From assembly GCF_058153355.1 (NCBI RefSeq), contig NZ_CM177019.1: a stretch of DNA of 64,000 bases; one strand, 5' to 3'. The notes beneath the pieces were generated by a model that made no database searches, was not told the DNA's origin, and saw nothing but the letters and a program-made list of their open reading frames with translations. Positions 15,336 through 27,590 of the stretch are shown here, one piece after another. Each line of letters begins with the position of its first letter. Within the stretch, counting starts at the first letter, position 1. A program made the translations under genes and the position numbers.

Positions 15336-16853
15336 ATGTCTGAACAACACGCACAGGGCGCTGACGCGGTAGTCGATCTTAACAATGAACTGAAAACGCG
15401 TCGTGAGAAGCTGGCGAACCTGCGTGAGCAGGGGATTGCCTTCCCGAACGATTTCCGTCGCGATCATACCTCTGACCAATTGCACGCAGAATTCGACGGC
15501 AAAGAAAACGAAGAACTGGAAGCGCTGAACATCGAAGTTGCCGTTGCTGGCCGCATGATGACCCGCCGTATTATGGGTAAAGCGTCTTTCGTTACCCTGC
15601 AGGATGTGGGGGGCCGCATTCAGCTGTACGTTGCTCGTGACGATCTGCCGGAAGGCGTTTACAACGAGCAGTTCAAAAAATGGGACCTCGGCGATATCCT
15701 CGGCGCGAAAGGTAAACTGTTCAAAACCAAAACCGGCGAACTGTCTATCCACTGCACCGAGCTGCGTCTGCTGACCAAAGCACTGCGTCCGCTGCCGGAC
15801 AAATTCCACGGTTTGCAGGATCAGGAAGCGCGCTATCGTCAGCGTTATCTGGATCTCATTTCTAACGATGAATCCCGCAACACCTTTAAAGTGCGTTCGC
15901 AGATCCTCTCTGGCATTCGCCAGTTCATGGTGAATCGTGGCTTTATGGAAGTTGAAACGCCGATGATGCAGGTGATCCCAGGCGGCGCGGCGGCGCGTCC
16001 GTTTATCACCCATCACAATGCGCTGGATCTCGACATGTACTTGCGTATCGCGCCGGAACTGTACCTCAAGCGTCTGGTGGTTGGTGGCTTCGAGCGTGTA
16101 TTCGAAATCAACCGTAACTTCCGTAACGAAGGTATCTCCGTACGTCATAACCCAGAGTTCACCATGATGGAACTCTATATGGCTTACGCTGATTACAAAG
16201 ATCTGATCGAGCTGACCGAATCGCTGTTCCGTACTCTGGCACAGGATATTCTCGGTAAGACCGAAGTGACCTACGGCGACGTGACGCTGGACTTCGGTAA
16301 ACCGTTCGAAAAACTGACCATGCGTGAAGCGATCAAGAAATATCGCCCGGAAACCGACATGGCGGATCTGGACAACTTCGACTCTGCGAAAGCGATTGCT
16401 GAATCTATCGGCATCCACGTTGAGAAGAGCTGGGGTCTGGGCCGTATCGTTACCGAGATCTTCGAAGAAGTGGCAGAAGCACATCTGATCCAGCCGACCT
16501 TCATTACTGAATATCCGGCAGAAGTTTCTCCGCTGGCGCGTCGTAACGACGTTAACCCGGAAATCACTGACCGCTTTGAGTTCTTCATTGGTGGTCGTGA
16601 AATCGGTAACGGCTTTAGCGAGTTGAATGACGCGGAAGATCAGGCGCAGCGCTTCCTGGATCAGGTTGCCGCGAAAGACGCAGGCGACGACGAAGCGATG
16701 TTCTACGACGAAGATTACGTCACCGCACTGGAACACGGCTTACCGCCGACAGCAGGTCTGGGAATTGGTATCGACCGTATGGTAATGCTGTTCACCAACA
16801 GCCATACCATCCGCGACGTTATTCTGTTCCCGGCGATGCGTCCGGTGAAATAA
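15336..16853 (+). CDS. lysS: lysine--tRNA ligase (505 aa)
   Basis: Class II aaRS motifs; 505 aa; immediately downstream of prfB as in E. coli. Confidence 0.95.
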
Positions 16854-16888
16854 GCATTACGTTATGCTCACAACCCCGGCAAATGTCG

Positions 16889-18314
16889 TAATGCCAGTCA
16901 GTTAAGCAACTGACTGGCTCTTTTTCGGGGCTGTGGGGTATTTCCAGGGCCTCTCCTTTACCACTCTCGGGAAGGCCCTTTCCCTTCTTGTCGGTAATTT
17001 CACAAGTTGTCCCATACTTGCAAGATCGCGCATCAGCTCCGGTATACGTCCCGGTGAAGCGCCCTGCAATGTCATCAGCATTCTCATCACCATTCCGCAT
17101 GATTCTGAGAAACTCAGTTGATTCGGCCAGTAACCTTTCAGATGTTCCGCCATTTTAATCATCTGATATCTCACCAGATTATAAGCCAGTAAGACACCCC
17201 ACAGCTCTTGCTCCACAAGCTCCGGCTTTTTACTTCTCAGCGTCAGCCTGCTCAGTTGCATCGTCTGTTTTATCTCCCTGTATCCCAGTTCGATTTCCCA
17301 GCGATGACTGTACAGATCCGCCATTTCTCCTCCGGGGAAGCGCATGGCGTCCGTCATCGACGTCAGCAGATGGCAGACTTTTCCTTTGCGCGTCACGGTC
17401 AGCAGGCGGGCTGTCACTTCATTTCCCAGTCCCGGCCACTTTTTTCGTGCCTGCGGGCTGGTTTTCAGCTTCACCAGATGATCGCCTTTACCCAGTTTTC
17501 TGATCTCTTCATATTGCGCTCCCTTTCTGAGAGGTATCATCCAGTGGCGGTGTTCTCCCGCCAGGCTCCAGGCATTTAACAGTCCCAGTGAGTAATAACC
17601 TTTATCCATTAACGTCAGAGTGTTATCGCCGGTTTGTTCTATAAGTTGCTCAGCAAGCTCATTTTCGCTGTTCTTCATCGTGCCGAAGGCTGCAGCCGTC
17701 AGCAGATGGCTGGTCAGTTCCATCTGGCAGACCATTTTGACCTGCGGGTAGAGCGCCGGGTTCCCGGCATGTGTCTGGCGGGGGAAGGCTGCATCGTTCT
17801 CTGGTGTATCCGGTGTGCGCCAGAACACACCATCGATGGCCAGCAGGGTCAGGCCGCACCAGTGCGGATGCGGCGTGGCGTTATGCCAGAGCTGCGCTGT
17901 TTTCGTGAACACGCGGCGGACAGCCTCACTTCCCAGGCGCTGGCGGGCCTGAATAACGGCACTGGGGGCAACGAAGGGGCGATTGCCCGGCAGCATGATG
18001 TCCAGGCGATTCACAATCTGGTGAAGAGGTTCTTTACGCTCAAGCGCCATGCCAACAATACACCAGACCATCATTTCGAGGGGAAGACGGCGCTTGCGTA
18101 GCGTTACAGTACCTGATTCGGCAAGGCAACGAGAGATGAGTTCGGGGTCGAGGTAATCCCCCAGAGAAGTCAGTGGGTTACGCAGAGAATCGTAACGGGA
18201 TACCAGATCAAGAGCCTGTCCAATGTGCATAAAAAAATCCGGAAACAAGTGAGCGTTTCCGGATTCTTACACAGCCACTGGATCGGTCAACTGATCCTTA
18301 ACTGATCGGCATTA
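16889..18314 (-). mobile_element. IS4 insertion sequence (1426 bp) with 12-bp target-site duplication CGGCAAATGTCG
   Basis: Terminal inverted repeats TAATGCCAGTCAGTTAAGC.../...ATCCTTAACTGATCGGCATTA; identical 12-mer cggcaaatgtcg at 16877-16888 and 18315-18326; exact IS4 length. Confidence 0.9.
16902..18230 (-). CDS. insG: IS4 transposase (DDE, 442 aa)
   Basis: ORF 16902..18248; start at [16 protein letters not shown] gives the 442-aa IS4 InsG protein; DDE motif regions recognisable. Confidence 0.88.
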   Translation of the reverse strand: MHIGQALDLVSRYDSLRNPLTSLGDYLDPELISRCLAESGTVTLRKRRLPLEMMVWCIVGMALERKEPLHQIVNRLDIMLPGNRPFVAPSAVIQARQRLGSEAVRRVFTKTAQLWHNATPHPHWCGLTLLAIDGVFWRTPDTPENDAAFPRQTHAGNPALYPQVKMVCQMELTSHLLTAAAFGTMKNSENELAEQLIEQTGDNTLTLMDKGYYSLGLLNAWSLAGEHRHWMIPLRKGAQYEEIRKLGKGDHLVKLKTSPQARKKWPGLGNEVTARLLTVTRKGKVCHLLTSMTDAMRFPGGEMADLYSHRWEIELGYREIKQTMQLSRLTLRSKKPELVEQELWGVLLAYNLVRYQMIKMAEHLKGYWPNQLSFSESCGMVMRMLMTLQGASPGRIPELMRDLASMGQLVKLPTRRERAFPRVVKERPWKYPTAPKKSQSVA

Positions 18315-18333
18315 CGGCAAATGTCGGGGTTTT

Positions 18334-18877
18334 TTATTTAAGCTGGGTAAATGCAGATAATCGTTTTCTGGCTTCGCGATTTGTCGCCTGCATCACCATC
18401 CACGGACTGAACGCCCACGGCGTGGCATCAATACCGCGTAAAACCGCTGCTAAATCACACCATTGATAATCCATCACTTCATCATCGTTGATCTGTAACG
18501 CACTGGTCGTGCGTGCGGCAAATACCGGACATACTTCATTTCTACAATGCCATTCGGATCGGTGGCGCGATAGCGAAAGTCAGGATAGATTCAGGAGGTG
18601 TAATTTCCACGCCAAGCTCATAACGGCAACGGCGGATCACCGCGTCTTCGTTGCTTTCTCCCAGTTGTGGGTGCCCACAAACCGAGTTAGTCCACACGCC
18701 CGGCCATGCTTTTTTGCTAAGGGCGCGGCGGGTAACTAATAATTGCCCTTTGGCATTAAACAGCCAGCAGGAGAACGCGAGATGTAAGAGAGTGTCTGCC
18801 GTGTGTGCGGCATACTTTTCCAGCGTACCCGTGGGAACTCCCTGTGCATTCAATAAAATGACGTGTTCCGTTTGCAT
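18334..18877 (-). pseudogene. idi: isopentenyl-diphosphate delta-isomerase, frameshifted
   Basis: First 105 codons match Idi ([13 protein letters not shown]...[12 protein letters not shown]), then the frame yields [13 protein letters not shown] and a TAG at 18542-18544. The Idi C-terminus (..AFTQLK, stop 18334-18336) is present in another frame. The break sits at tct-atc|ctgac, consistent with loss of one TATC repeat unit. Confidence 0.7.
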
Positions 18878-19125
18878 AATTTCTCACATGTAATTCTAAT
18901 CACTCATCATTATAGATAATTGAAGAGTGAAATGATTAACCAAGTGAGCGTTTATCGACAACCGCCCGTTTTGAGCGGATGTCGACAGGTAAAACCATTT
19001 AAAAAAGCAGCATCATATATTTGAAGCGACTTTCAATGGCCATTGCAACACAGTCAGAAATGACAGGAATAGAGAGAGTAAAAAGCAACAACAGACTGAA
19101 TATAGCGCGCATTAAAAGATTCATA

Positions 19126-20574
19126 TTATTCTCCATGCTCATTTTTCTTCAGCTTGCGCATCAGAAGCCACATACGTACTGTCCTGACTTTTAAATCTTT
19201 ATCAGAGACGGATTCCTTCACCAGATCAGCATGATGCTGATAGCCATTAAAGAAGACGTTCAGCGCAACGGCGCTAAGGGTTGCGAGCATAATGCCGCTA
19301 TGCAGCAACGGTTGCAGTACGGCCGGTAACTTAGAAAAGAAATCGTGAGAGAGCGTCGGAGTCATGCCAACGCCGAGACTGATCGCCACAATATAGAGGT
19401 TGTAACGGTTAGTGGTGTAGTTACAGCGCGACAGAATTCGAATCCCCGTCGCCAGTACCATGCCGAACATCACCAGCCCTGCGCCGCCAAGCACAAATTG
19501 CGGAATCGAGGCTACCAGCACCGCCATTTTGGGCACCATGCCAAACATGATTAATATGATCCCCGAAGAAATACACACCCAGCGACTATGAACGCGAGTC
19601 ACGCTAACCAGGCCAACGTTTTGAGAAAATGACGTGTGGGGGAAGCTGTTAAACGTTCCGCCTATCATTGTCCCTACACCATCGACACGCAGCCCGCGAA
19701 TAATATCGTGCGAAGAGAGTTTACGACCGACTATTTCACCCAGTGCCAGGAACATCCCCATCGACTCGATAAACACGATGATTAACACAGCGGTCATGGT
19801 TAGAATAGAAACGGGGTCAAATACCGGCATACCAAACGACATTGGGGTGACAATCGCAAACCACGAAGCATCATGTAGCCCGGACAAATTGACTTCATTC
19901 ATCATCCACGAAAGTAAAAAGCCAAATACAATCCCCAGTAATACGGCGACGTTGGACATAAATCCTTTCGCATAGCGAGTAATGAGCAAGATAAAAATTA
20001 AGACGGCAAAGGAGATACCTAAATAAACGGGATTACCATATTGCGGATTCCCTTCACCTCCAGCGGCCCAGTCAATACCGACCTGAATAATGCTAAGCCC
20101 GATAGAAGTAATAACCACACCGGTAACCAGTGGCGGGAATAAAGGCATTAAGCGACCGATAAGTGGTGCTAATAATGTGGTGATAAATCCCGCGGCGATA
20201 GTGGCACCAAATATCCCCAGCAGGCCGATATCCGGGTTCATGCCAATGGCTATCATTGGTGTTACAGCAGCAAAGGTTACCGACATAATCACCGGCAGAC
20301 GGATCCCCATAAAGCGGCCGATACCGATACATTGTAATAATGTGACGATCCCGCAGCAAAAGAGATCCGAGCTAATGAGCATCGCAATAGCTTCTTTTGA
20401 GAGGCCCAGTCGGTCACCAATCATAAGAGGAACAGCGACTGCACCTGCGTACATTACAAGGACGTGTTGCAGACCGAGTATGATCAGCTTTCCTGGTGAT
20501 AATATGCGGTCAACCTCATCAGTTGGGCGGTCTTGCCCTGAAGATGAGGGAAGTTGGGAATCTATGGCGCTCAT
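19126..20574 (-). CDS. uacT: uric acid:H+ symporter (NCS2 family, 482 aa)
   Basis: ORF 19126..20703; canonical start MSAIDSQLPSSSGQDRPTDE gives 482 aa; NAT/NCS2 permease motifs. Confidence 0.9.
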   Translation of the reverse strand: MSAIDSQLPSSSGQDRPTDEVDRILSPGKLIILGLQHVLVMYAGAVAVPLMIGDRLGLSKEAIAMLISSDLFCCGIVTLLQCIGIGRFMGIRLPVIMSVTFAAVTPMIAIGMNPDIGLLGIFGATIAAGFITTLLAPLIGRLMPLFPPLVTGVVITSIGLSIIQVGIDWAAGGEGNPQYGNPVYLGISFAVLIFILLITRYAKGFMSNVAVLLGIVFGFLLSWMMNEVNLSGLHDASWFAIVTPMSFGMPVFDPVSILTMTAVLIIVFIESMGMFLALGEIVGRKLSSHDIIRGLRVDGVGTMIGGTFNSFPHTSFSQNVGLVSVTRVHSRWVCISSGIILIMFGMVPKMAVLVASIPQFVLGGAGLVMFGMVLATGIRILSRCNYTTNRYNLYIVAISLGVGMTPTLSHDFFSKLPAVLQPLLHSGIMLATLSAVALNVFFNGYQHHADLVKESVSDKDLKVRTVRMWLLMRKLKKNEHGE

Positions 20575-21009
20575 CAGTGTTTCTCCTTTCGCCCGCCAGA
20601 GTAAAAAGCAACCGTTTACGTTATTGAAACTGTCTAAACATATGCTCGTGGAGTGCCAGTTTTTGCGAGGAAGGGGAGTTAGAGACAGGAATTGCGGAGG
20701 CAATCACATAATCGTGGTTAAACCACGAAAATGAGAAGAGAACCTGACAATGGAATTATCTGTAATTTTCTCATATTGATATTTTATTAATCATTCTGGC
20801 ATGTCGCACTCTCGCATTTAATCGTTTTTATCTGGATAGCGCTCTTTTGGTCGGCAATGTTGAAATAATGAAAGCGGCACAGATTGAGGGGCAATAATTT
20901 GAACTCAGTCGCAAAATTATAATTAAAACGGTCATGCTACCTAATATATGCCCGTTTATTGCATCGCGAACTTTGAGAAGACATAACTCATTAAATGAAA
21001 GGGATGCAA

Positions 21010-22929
21010 ATGAATAAGTTTATCGCTGCTGAAGCTGCGGAATGTATAGGCTGTCATGCTTGTGAAATTGCCTGTGCGGTGGCACATAATCAAGAAAACT
21101 GGCCGCTGAGTCACAGTGACTTTCGACCGCGTATCCACGTTGTAGGGAAAGGCCAGGCTGCGAATCCGGTGGCCTGCCATCATTGCAACAATGCCCCTTG
21201 CGTTACGGCTTGTCCGGTTAATGCTCTGACTTTCCAGCCCGATAGCGTACAACTGGACGAGCAAAAATGTATTGGTTGTAAAAGATGCGCAATCGCTTGC
21301 CCCTTTGGCGTCGTTGAGATGGTCGATACGATTGCGCAGAAATGCGACCTTTGTAACCAGCGCAGTTCCGGCACGCAAGCCTGTATTGACGTATGCCCAA
21401 CACAGGCGTTACGGCTGATGGACGATAAAGGGTTGCAGCAGATAAAGGTGGCCCGCCAGCGCAAAACGGCAGCAGGAAAAGCGTCATCAGACGCTCAGCC
21501 ATCTCGCAGTGCAGCGTTGCTCCCCGTTAACTCGCGTAAAGGCGCAGATAAAATTTCAGCGAATGAACGGAAAACCCACTTTGGCGAAATTTATTGCGGG
21601 CTGGATCCACAACAAGCGACTTATGAGAGTGACCGCTGTGTTTATTGCGCCGAAAAAGCTAACTGCAACTGGCATTGCCCGCTGCATAACGCTATTCCGG
21701 ATTACATCCGTCTGGTGCAGGAAGGAAAGATTATTGAAGCGGCAGAACTTTGCCACCAGACCAGTTCCTTACCAGAAATCTGCGGCAGGGTATGTCCACA
21801 GGACCGTCTTTGTGAAGGCGCATGTACTTTGAAAGATCACTCTGGCGCAGTCTCTATCGGGAATCTGGAACGCTACATCACCGATACCGCGCTGGCGATG
21901 GGCTGGCGTCCTGATGTCAGCCATGTTGTTCCCCGTATCGAAAAAGTGGCGGTGATTGGCGCAGGGCCTGCAGGGTTAGGGTGTGCTGATATTCTGGCGC
22001 GCGCAGGAGTTCAGGTTGATGTCTTTGATCGCCATCCAGAAATTGGCGGTATGCTGACTTTTGGCATACCTCCTTTCAAACTCGATAAAACGGTATTAAG
22101 CCAGCGGCGAGAGATATTCACCGCAATGGGAATCGACTTTCATCTTAACTGTGAAATTGGCCGCGATATTACCTTTAGCGATTTAACTTCTGAATATGAT
22201 GCAGTTTTCATCGGCGTGGGGACTTACGGGATGATGCGAGCAGATCTGCCGCATGAAGATGCGCCCGGTGTCATTCAGGCTCTACCGTTCCTGACTGCCC
22301 ATACCCGCCAGCTCATGGGGTTGCCGGAGTCTGAAGAGTATCCGCTGACGGATGTGGAAGGTAAGCGAGTTGTGGTATTGGGCGGTGGCGATACGACCAT
22401 GGATTGTTTGCGGACTTCCATCCGCCTCAATGCCGCCAGCGTGACCTGCGCCTATCGTCGTGATGAAGTCAGTATGCCGGGCTCGCGCAAAGAGGTGGTC
22501 AATGCGCGCGAGGAAGGTGTCGAGTTTCAGTTCAATGTTCAGCCGCAATATATCGCTTGTGACGAAGATGGGCGTTTAACTGCGGTGGGCCTGATTCGTA
22601 CCGCTATGGGGGAGCCGGGGCCGGATGGTCGCCGTCGTCCTCGTCCGGTAGCGGGTTCAGAGTTTGAGCTGCCCGCCGATGTTCTGATTATGGCCTTTGG
22701 TTTCCAGGCGCATGCCATGCCGTGGTTGCAAGGCAGCGGAATTAAGCTCGATAAATGGGGCCTGATTCAAACCGGGGACGTCGGGTATTTACCCACCCAG
22801 ACGCATCTGAAAAAAGTCTTTGCTGGTGGTGATGCAGTTCATGGCGCGGATCTGGTCGTCACTGCAATGGCTGCAGGAAGGCAAGCGGCGCGCGATATGT
22901 TAACTCTGTTTGATTCGAAGGCATTGTGA
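21010..22929 (+). CDS. ygfT: fused Fe-S ferredoxin / NAD(P)H-dependent glutamate-synthase-small-subunit-like oxidoreductase (639 aa)
   Basis: N-terminal multiple CxxCxxCxxxCP 4Fe-4S motifs followed by a GltD-like FAD/NAD(P) domain ([24 protein letters not shown]); start set at [12 protein letters not shown] to give 639 aa. Confidence 0.85.
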   Translation: MNKFIAAEAAECIGCHACEIACAVAHNQENWPLSHSDFRPRIHVVGKGQAANPVACHHCNNAPCVTACPVNALTFQPDSVQLDEQKCIGCKRCAIACPFGVVEMVDTIAQKCDLCNQRSSGTQACIDVCPTQALRLMDDKGLQQIKVARQRKTAAGKASSDAQPSRSAALLPVNSRKGADKISANERKTHFGEIYCGLDPQQATYESDRCVYCAEKANCNWHCPLHNAIPDYIRLVQEGKIIEAAELCHQTSSLPEICGRVCPQDRLCEGACTLKDHSGAVSIGNLERYITDTALAMGWRPDVSHVVPRIEKVAVIGAGPAGLGCADILARAGVQVDVFDRHPEIGGMLTFGIPPFKLDKTVLSQRREIFTAMGIDFHLNCEIGRDITFSDLTSEYDAVFIGVGTYGMMRADLPHEDAPGVIQALPFLTAHTRQLMGLPESEEYPLTDVEGKRVVVLGGGDTTMDCLRTSIRLNAASVTCAYRRDEVSMPGSRKEVVNAREEGVEFQFNVQPQYIACDEDGRLTAVGLIRTAMGEPGPDGRRRPRPVAGSEFELPADVLIMAFGFQAHAMPWLQGSGIKLDKWGLIQTGDVGYLPTQTHLKKVFAGGDAVHGADLVVTAMAAGRQAARDMLTLFDSKAL

Positions 22930-23417
22930 TGAAATCGTTAATTGTCGTTAATCCGGCTGATTGTATTGGCTGCCGTACTTGTGAAGTAGCCTGTGTGGTC
23001 GCTCATCCTTCAGAACAGGCGTTGAATGCCGATGTCTTTTTACCCCGGCTGAAGGTACAGCGACTGGACTGCATCAGTGCGCCGGTGATGTGCCATCAGT
23101 GTGAAAACGCCCCTTGTGTTGGCGCTTGCCCCGTGGGAGCGCTGACGATGGGCGAGCAGGTGGTGCAGGCCAATTCTGCCCGTTGTATTGGCTGTCAGAG
23201 TTGCGTCAGTGCGTGCCCGTTTGGGATGATAACCATTCAGTCGTTGCCGGGGGATACCCGGCAACAAATTGTGAAATGCGATCTCTGTGAACAGCGGGAA
23301 GAGGGGCCTGCCTGCGTTGAATCTTGCCCGACACAGGCACTGCAGTTGCTTACTGAAAGAGAACTCAGGCGAGTCCGCCAGCAGCGTATTGTTGCCAGCG
23401 GTGAGAATCCTCTCTGA
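22926..23417 (+). CDS. ygfS: 4Fe-4S ferredoxin-type protein (163 aa)
   Basis: Four CxxCxxCxxxCP clusters; start codon overlaps ygfT stop (ATGA). Confidence 0.88.
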   Translation: MMKSLIVVNPADCIGCRTCEVACVVAHPSEQALNADVFLPRLKVQRLDCISAPVMCHQCENAPCVGACPVGALTMGEQVVQANSARCIGCQSCVSACPFGMITIQSLPGDTRQQIVKCDLCEQREEGPACVESCPTQALQLLTERELRRVRQQRIVASGENPL

Positions 23418-23452
23418 AAGAATTCTCCGCGCTGAAAGGCGCGGAGAATCTA

Positions 23453-24820
23453 TTAGATAGCCCATCCACCCGCGTAAAATGCGACCAGTGCGGCAGTAAT
23501 GATTACCGTACCAATATTCAGCTTTTGCCATTCGCGTGCAAAGACGCGGCCTACGACCAGTGTCACAAAGCCCAGCATAATACCGGTAACGATATTACAA
23601 GTCAGAACGATAAACACGGCACACACCAGGCCAGCCATTGCGTCAATAAAATCGTTGAAATCCAGCTTCGAGACGTTACTTAACATCAGCAAACCTACGT
23701 ACATCAGAGCGGGTGCAGTGGCGTAACCAGGGATCAAAAATGACAGTGGTGATAAAAACAGAATCAACAGGAATAACGCCCCCACTACGGTTGCGGTCAA
23801 CCCTGTTTTACCCCCGGCGGCGGTTCCTGCCGCTGATTCGATATAAACCGCTGCGGGCGCAGCACCCACCAGGCCGGAGAATATTGAACTTACTGAGTCA
23901 CTGGTCAGGGCTTTACCGCCGTTGATGATCTGGTTGTCTTTATCTAACAAATTCGCCTGACCGGCGACGGCACGGATGGTACCGGTGGCGTCGAACACTG
24001 CGGTCATCACCAATGCCAGTACACTCGGAAGTACAGTTGGCTGGAGTGCCCCCATAATATCGAGGCTGAAAATCAGAGACTTACCATCTTCGCCAGTCAG
24101 ACTGGGCATCGCCACCAGACCGTGGTACTTCACCGCTGGATCAAAGATTAAGCCGATGATCGAAATTGCAATAATCACCAACAAGATCCCGCCAGGTACG
24201 CGGCACTTTTCCAGACCGAAGATGACCGCCAGACCCAGTAAGCTCATCATCACCGGGAAGGAGGTAAACGCGCCGAGCGCCACCGGCAAGCCTTCAATCG
24301 GGTTTTTGATAACCATTCCCACACCGTTAGCAGCAATCAGCAGCAGAAACAGGCCGATACCGATACCTGTGCCGTGAGCGATACCCATCGGTAAATTACG
24401 TAATATCCAGGTTCGCACACCGGTTACAGAAATGGCGGTGAAGATGACGCCCATCAGAAAGACCGCGCCCAGTGCGACAGGAACGCTAATTTGTTGCCCG
24501 AGTACCAGACTGAATGCGGTAAATGCCGTTAAGGAAATAGCGCAACCAATCGCCATTGGCAAGTTGGCCCACAAGCCCATCAGCAACGAGCCGAAGCCCG
24601 CGACCAGACAGGTGGCAACAAACACAGCTGCGGGAGGAAAACCTGCTTTGCCCAGCATTCCCGGAACGACGATAACGGAATAAACCATGGCCAGAAAGGT
24701 CGTTAAGCCAGCCAGTACTTCCTGACGAACGGTACTGCCACGAGCGGTAATTTTAAAATAATTATCCAGCGCGCCTTGTGGCTTTGGTGCGTCCGGTGTT
24801 TGTAGGATGTCTCCAGACAT
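23453..24820 (-). CDS. ghxQ: guanine/hypoxanthine permease (AzgA/NCS2 family, 455 aa)
   Basis: 455-aa polytopic membrane protein matching GhxQ (YgfQ). Confidence 0.9.
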   Translation of the reverse strand: MSGDILQTPDAPKPQGALDNYFKITARGSTVRQEVLAGLTTFLAMVYSVIVVPGMLGKAGFPPAAVFVATCLVAGFGSLLMGLWANLPMAIGCAISLTAFTAFSLVLGQQISVPVALGAVFLMGVIFTAISVTGVRTWILRNLPMGIAHGTGIGIGLFLLLIAANGVGMVIKNPIEGLPVALGAFTSFPVMMSLLGLAVIFGLEKCRVPGGILLVIIAISIIGLIFDPAVKYHGLVAMPSLTGEDGKSLIFSLDIMGALQPTVLPSVLALVMTAVFDATGTIRAVAGQANLLDKDNQIINGGKALTSDSVSSIFSGLVGAAPAAVYIESAAGTAAGGKTGLTATVVGALFLLILFLSPLSFLIPGYATAPALMYVGLLMLSNVSKLDFNDFIDAMAGLVCAVFIVLTCNIVTGIMLGFVTLVVGRVFAREWQKLNIGTVIITAALVAFYAGGWAI

Positions 24821-24855
24821 AATGATGTCCTCACGAGGATGTTAAAGTTTTATTA

Positions 24856-26175
24856 TTAGTTGCGTTCGTACACCAGACGACCATCAACGTAGGTGCGGTA
24901 GATCGAACGGTCATCGCCCAACGTCATCATCACGAACAATTTGTCGACTAAAGAAACAGAGTTGTCATAGCGCAGCTGCTGTAGCGGGGTGGCGGTGGGT
25001 TCCATCACCACGAAATCAGCCTCTTTGCCAGGTAAAAAGTTGCCAATCAAATCGTCAAGGCCCAGAGATTTCGCCCCGCCGAGCGTGGCAAGGTAAAACG
25101 CTTCATATGCCGAGAGGCGATAGCCTTGTAATTGCAACACTTTGTAGGCTTCGTTCAGCGTTTGCAGCATGTTGAAAGTTGTTCCTGCGCCAATGTCAGT
25201 CCCCATGCCCACTTTGACTTTCTTCTGCCATGCTTTTTTCAAGTTGAATAAGCCACTGCCGAGGTAAAGGTTGGAGGTAGGACAGAAAGCAATGCTGGAT
25301 TTGGTTTCGCTGAGACGATCCCACTCTTTCTCTTCGAGATGGACGCAGTGAGCAAAGACACAATTTTTACCTGTCAGACCGTACTGATGGTAAACATCCA
25401 AATAACCATCATGGTCAGGATAAAGCGATTTGACCCAGGCAATTTCATCTTTATTTTCACAAAGATGGGTATGTACCCATGTGTCGGGATACTCTTCTTT
25501 CAGGCGTTGCGCCATCGCCATCTGTTCAGGAGATGAGGTTGGGGCGAAGCGTGGCGTAATCGCATACAACAGACGACCATTTTTGTGCCAGCGTTCGATC
25601 AGTTCTTTGCTTTGGTGATAGCTGCTTTCGGCAGTGTCGAGCAGATAATCCGGTGCGTTGCGGTCCATCATCACCTTACCGGCAATCATACGCATATTGA
25701 TATGACTGGCGGCTTCAAACAGCGCATCAACGGATTGCGGATGAACGGTACCAAACACCAACGCTGTGGTGGTTCCGTTACGTAAAAGCTGCTTGATGAA
25801 GAACGCCGACATTTCGCGGGCGTACTCTAAATCCTCATAACGACGTTCAGTAGGGAAGGTGTGTTTATTCAACCACTCCAACAATTGTTCACCATAGGCC
25901 CCAACCATTTCACTTTGCGGATAATGGATATGTGTATCGACAAAGCCCGGTACTACCAGTTTGCCGCGATAGTCGCGCACGCGAATGGTGTCAGGAATTT
26001 GATGCTTTCCGTCTTCCCATTCGCCAAACCATTCCACTTTTCCCTGTTTAATGAGTAATAAACCATCCTCAATAAACCGCAGCGCAGAGGCAATCTCTTC
26101 CGGGTTATCGACCGTACGGGTGACATCAATAAAACTGCCTCGTACCGCTTTTAACGTGTGTTCTCCTGACATCAT
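24856..26175 (-). CDS. guaD: guanine deaminase (439 aa)
   Basis: ORF 24856..26295; start at MMSGEHTLKAVRGSF preceded by AGGAG gives 439 aa; amidohydrolase HxH metal motif (FVDTHIHYPQ). Confidence 0.92.
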   Translation of the reverse strand: MMSGEHTLKAVRGSFIDVTRTVDNPEEIASALRFIEDGLLLIKQGKVEWFGEWEDGKHQIPDTIRVRDYRGKLVVPGFVDTHIHYPQSEMVGAYGEQLLEWLNKHTFPTERRYEDLEYAREMSAFFIKQLLRNGTTTALVFGTVHPQSVDALFEAASHINMRMIAGKVMMDRNAPDYLLDTAESSYHQSKELIERWHKNGRLLYAITPRFAPTSSPEQMAMAQRLKEEYPDTWVHTHLCENKDEIAWVKSLYPDHDGYLDVYHQYGLTGKNCVFAHCVHLEEKEWDRLSETKSSIAFCPTSNLYLGSGLFNLKKAWQKKVKVGMGTDIGAGTTFNMLQTLNEAYKVLQLQGYRLSAYEAFYLATLGGAKSLGLDDLIGNFLPGKEADFVVMEPTATPLQQLRYDNSVSLVDKLFVMMTLGDDRSIYRTYVDGRLVYERN

Positions 26176-26189
26176 TGACTCCTTTACTG

Positions 26190-27590
26190 TTAATCCATCT
26201 CTTCCGCTGAGGTAATACCAGGCAGAACGTTTTCCTGTCGGTAGCCACCAGGGAGGATAATATTTAATAAAATCGCAGTTAATCCACCAGCACAAATAGG
26301 GTTTTCAACTAATACATAAATAGAGGCTGGCAATATTTTAAAAATTTCCGGGTCGTAGGAGACGCCAAGCCCTAAACCTAAAGAAGTGGCGACAATAAGT
26401 GTTTCACGGCGCTTTAATCCGTTGGTGATGATGATGCGAATCCCAGCGATGGCAATCATGGAAAACATCAACGTCATTGCGCCTCCCAGAACAGCCGAGG
26501 GAATGGTCGTGAAGAAGCCGCCAATCATCGGAAACAAGCCGAGAATAACCAACATGACCGCGATGGTTCGCCCGACATAACGTGAAGCGACACCGGTCAT
26601 CTGAATAACCCCATTATTTTGCGCAAACGTGGTTAACGGTAATGAACCGACAGCGGAAGCGATAACCGAAACCAGGCCATCTGCCAGTACGCCGCCTTTC
26701 AGACGCGACTGATACTCTTCTCCCTGGATGGGGCGGCGGGAAACCATTGCCGTGGCGGTGATATCACCGACAGCTTCCAGCACGCTAAGCAAATAAATCG
26801 TGCCGACCACCAGGAACTGATGGAAGCTGAAACTAAACCCGTATTTGAACGGATGCGGGATGGTGATTAACGGCAAATTGCGCATACTGCTGAAATCCAC
26901 CATGCCCAGGCATAACGACGCGATATAACCGACACATAGCCCAATGGCAATCCCTCCCATGCGTAGTAACGGACTGCGGCAGCAGTTAAAGCCGATCACC
27001 ACAATCAAAACCAATAAACCAACGCCGAGATGTTCGTAATTGCCGAACGTACCGCTGCTTTTGGCAGCAAATCCTCCACCAAAATCGATAATGCCGACTT
27101 TAATCAGGCTTAAGCCGATCATCAGCACCACAATGCCGCTAACGGTAGGTGTAATAACCCGACGTAAATAGGGCAGGATAAAAGAAGAGCCGACAACCAG
27201 AAATGCGCCAACGAAGGAGACGCCGAGAAGCGACGACATGATTAACTCTTCGTGAAAACCATCGCTTTTCATGCTGCTGCCCAGCGCAATCATGACTGTA
27301 ACAAATGAAAAATTGACTGACTGAATTGAGAGTAGGCCAGAACCGACGATGCCATAGCGGTTTACCTGTAACCAGGTACCAATACCAGAGGCGATCATCG
27401 CCATAGAAACAAGATAGGCGGTTGTTTCAGCGGAAAGCTGTAAGGCCGCACCCACGATTAACGCAGGGGTTACCATCGGAACGAAAATTGCCAACAGATG
27501 GGTAATGGCACCAACGAGAGCCTGATGAAAGGGAGGGCGATCCTCCAGTTCAAATATAAGGTCAGAACCTGCATGGTTTATATCAGACAT
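26190..27590 (-). CDS. xanQ: xanthine permease (NCS2, 466 aa)
   Basis: ORF 26190..27647; start MSDINHAGSDLIFELEDRPP gives 466 aa. Confidence 0.9.
   Translation of the reverse strand: MSDINHAGSDLIFELEDRPPFHQALVGAITHLLAIFVPMVTPALIVGAALQLSAETTAYLVSMAMIASGIGTWLQVNRYGIVGSGLLSIQSVNFSFVTVMIALGSSMKSDGFHEELIMSSLLGVSFVGAFLVVGSSFILPYLRRVITPTVSGIVVLMIGLSLIKVGIIDFGGGFAAKSSGTFGNYEHLGVGLLVLIVVIGFNCCRSPLLRMGGIAIGLCVGYIASLCLGMVDFSSMRNLPLITIPHPFKYGFSFSFHQFLVVGTIYLLSVLEAVGDITATAMVSRRPIQGEEYQSRLKGGVLADGLVSVIASAVGSLPLTTFAQNNGVIQMTGVASRYVGRTIAVMLVILGLFPMIGGFFTTIPSAVLGGAMTLMFSMIAIAGIRIIITNGLKRRETLIVATSLGLGLGVSYDPEIFKILPASIYVLVENPICAGGLTAILLNIILPGGYRQENVLPGITSAEEMD

Noticed and set aside
14289-16736. Long minus-strand ORFs (334 aa and 471 aa) antisense to prfB and lysS
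   Set aside because: Shadow ORFs opposite conserved essential genes; protein sequences are low-complexity and unrecognisable.
18488-18739. 83-aa plus-strand ORF overlapping idi
   Set aside because: Antisense to the idi coding region; arises from the same sequence.
20090-20734. 214-aa plus-strand ORF inside uacT
   Set aside because: Antisense to a recognised NCS2 transporter; P/I/S-rich mirror composition.
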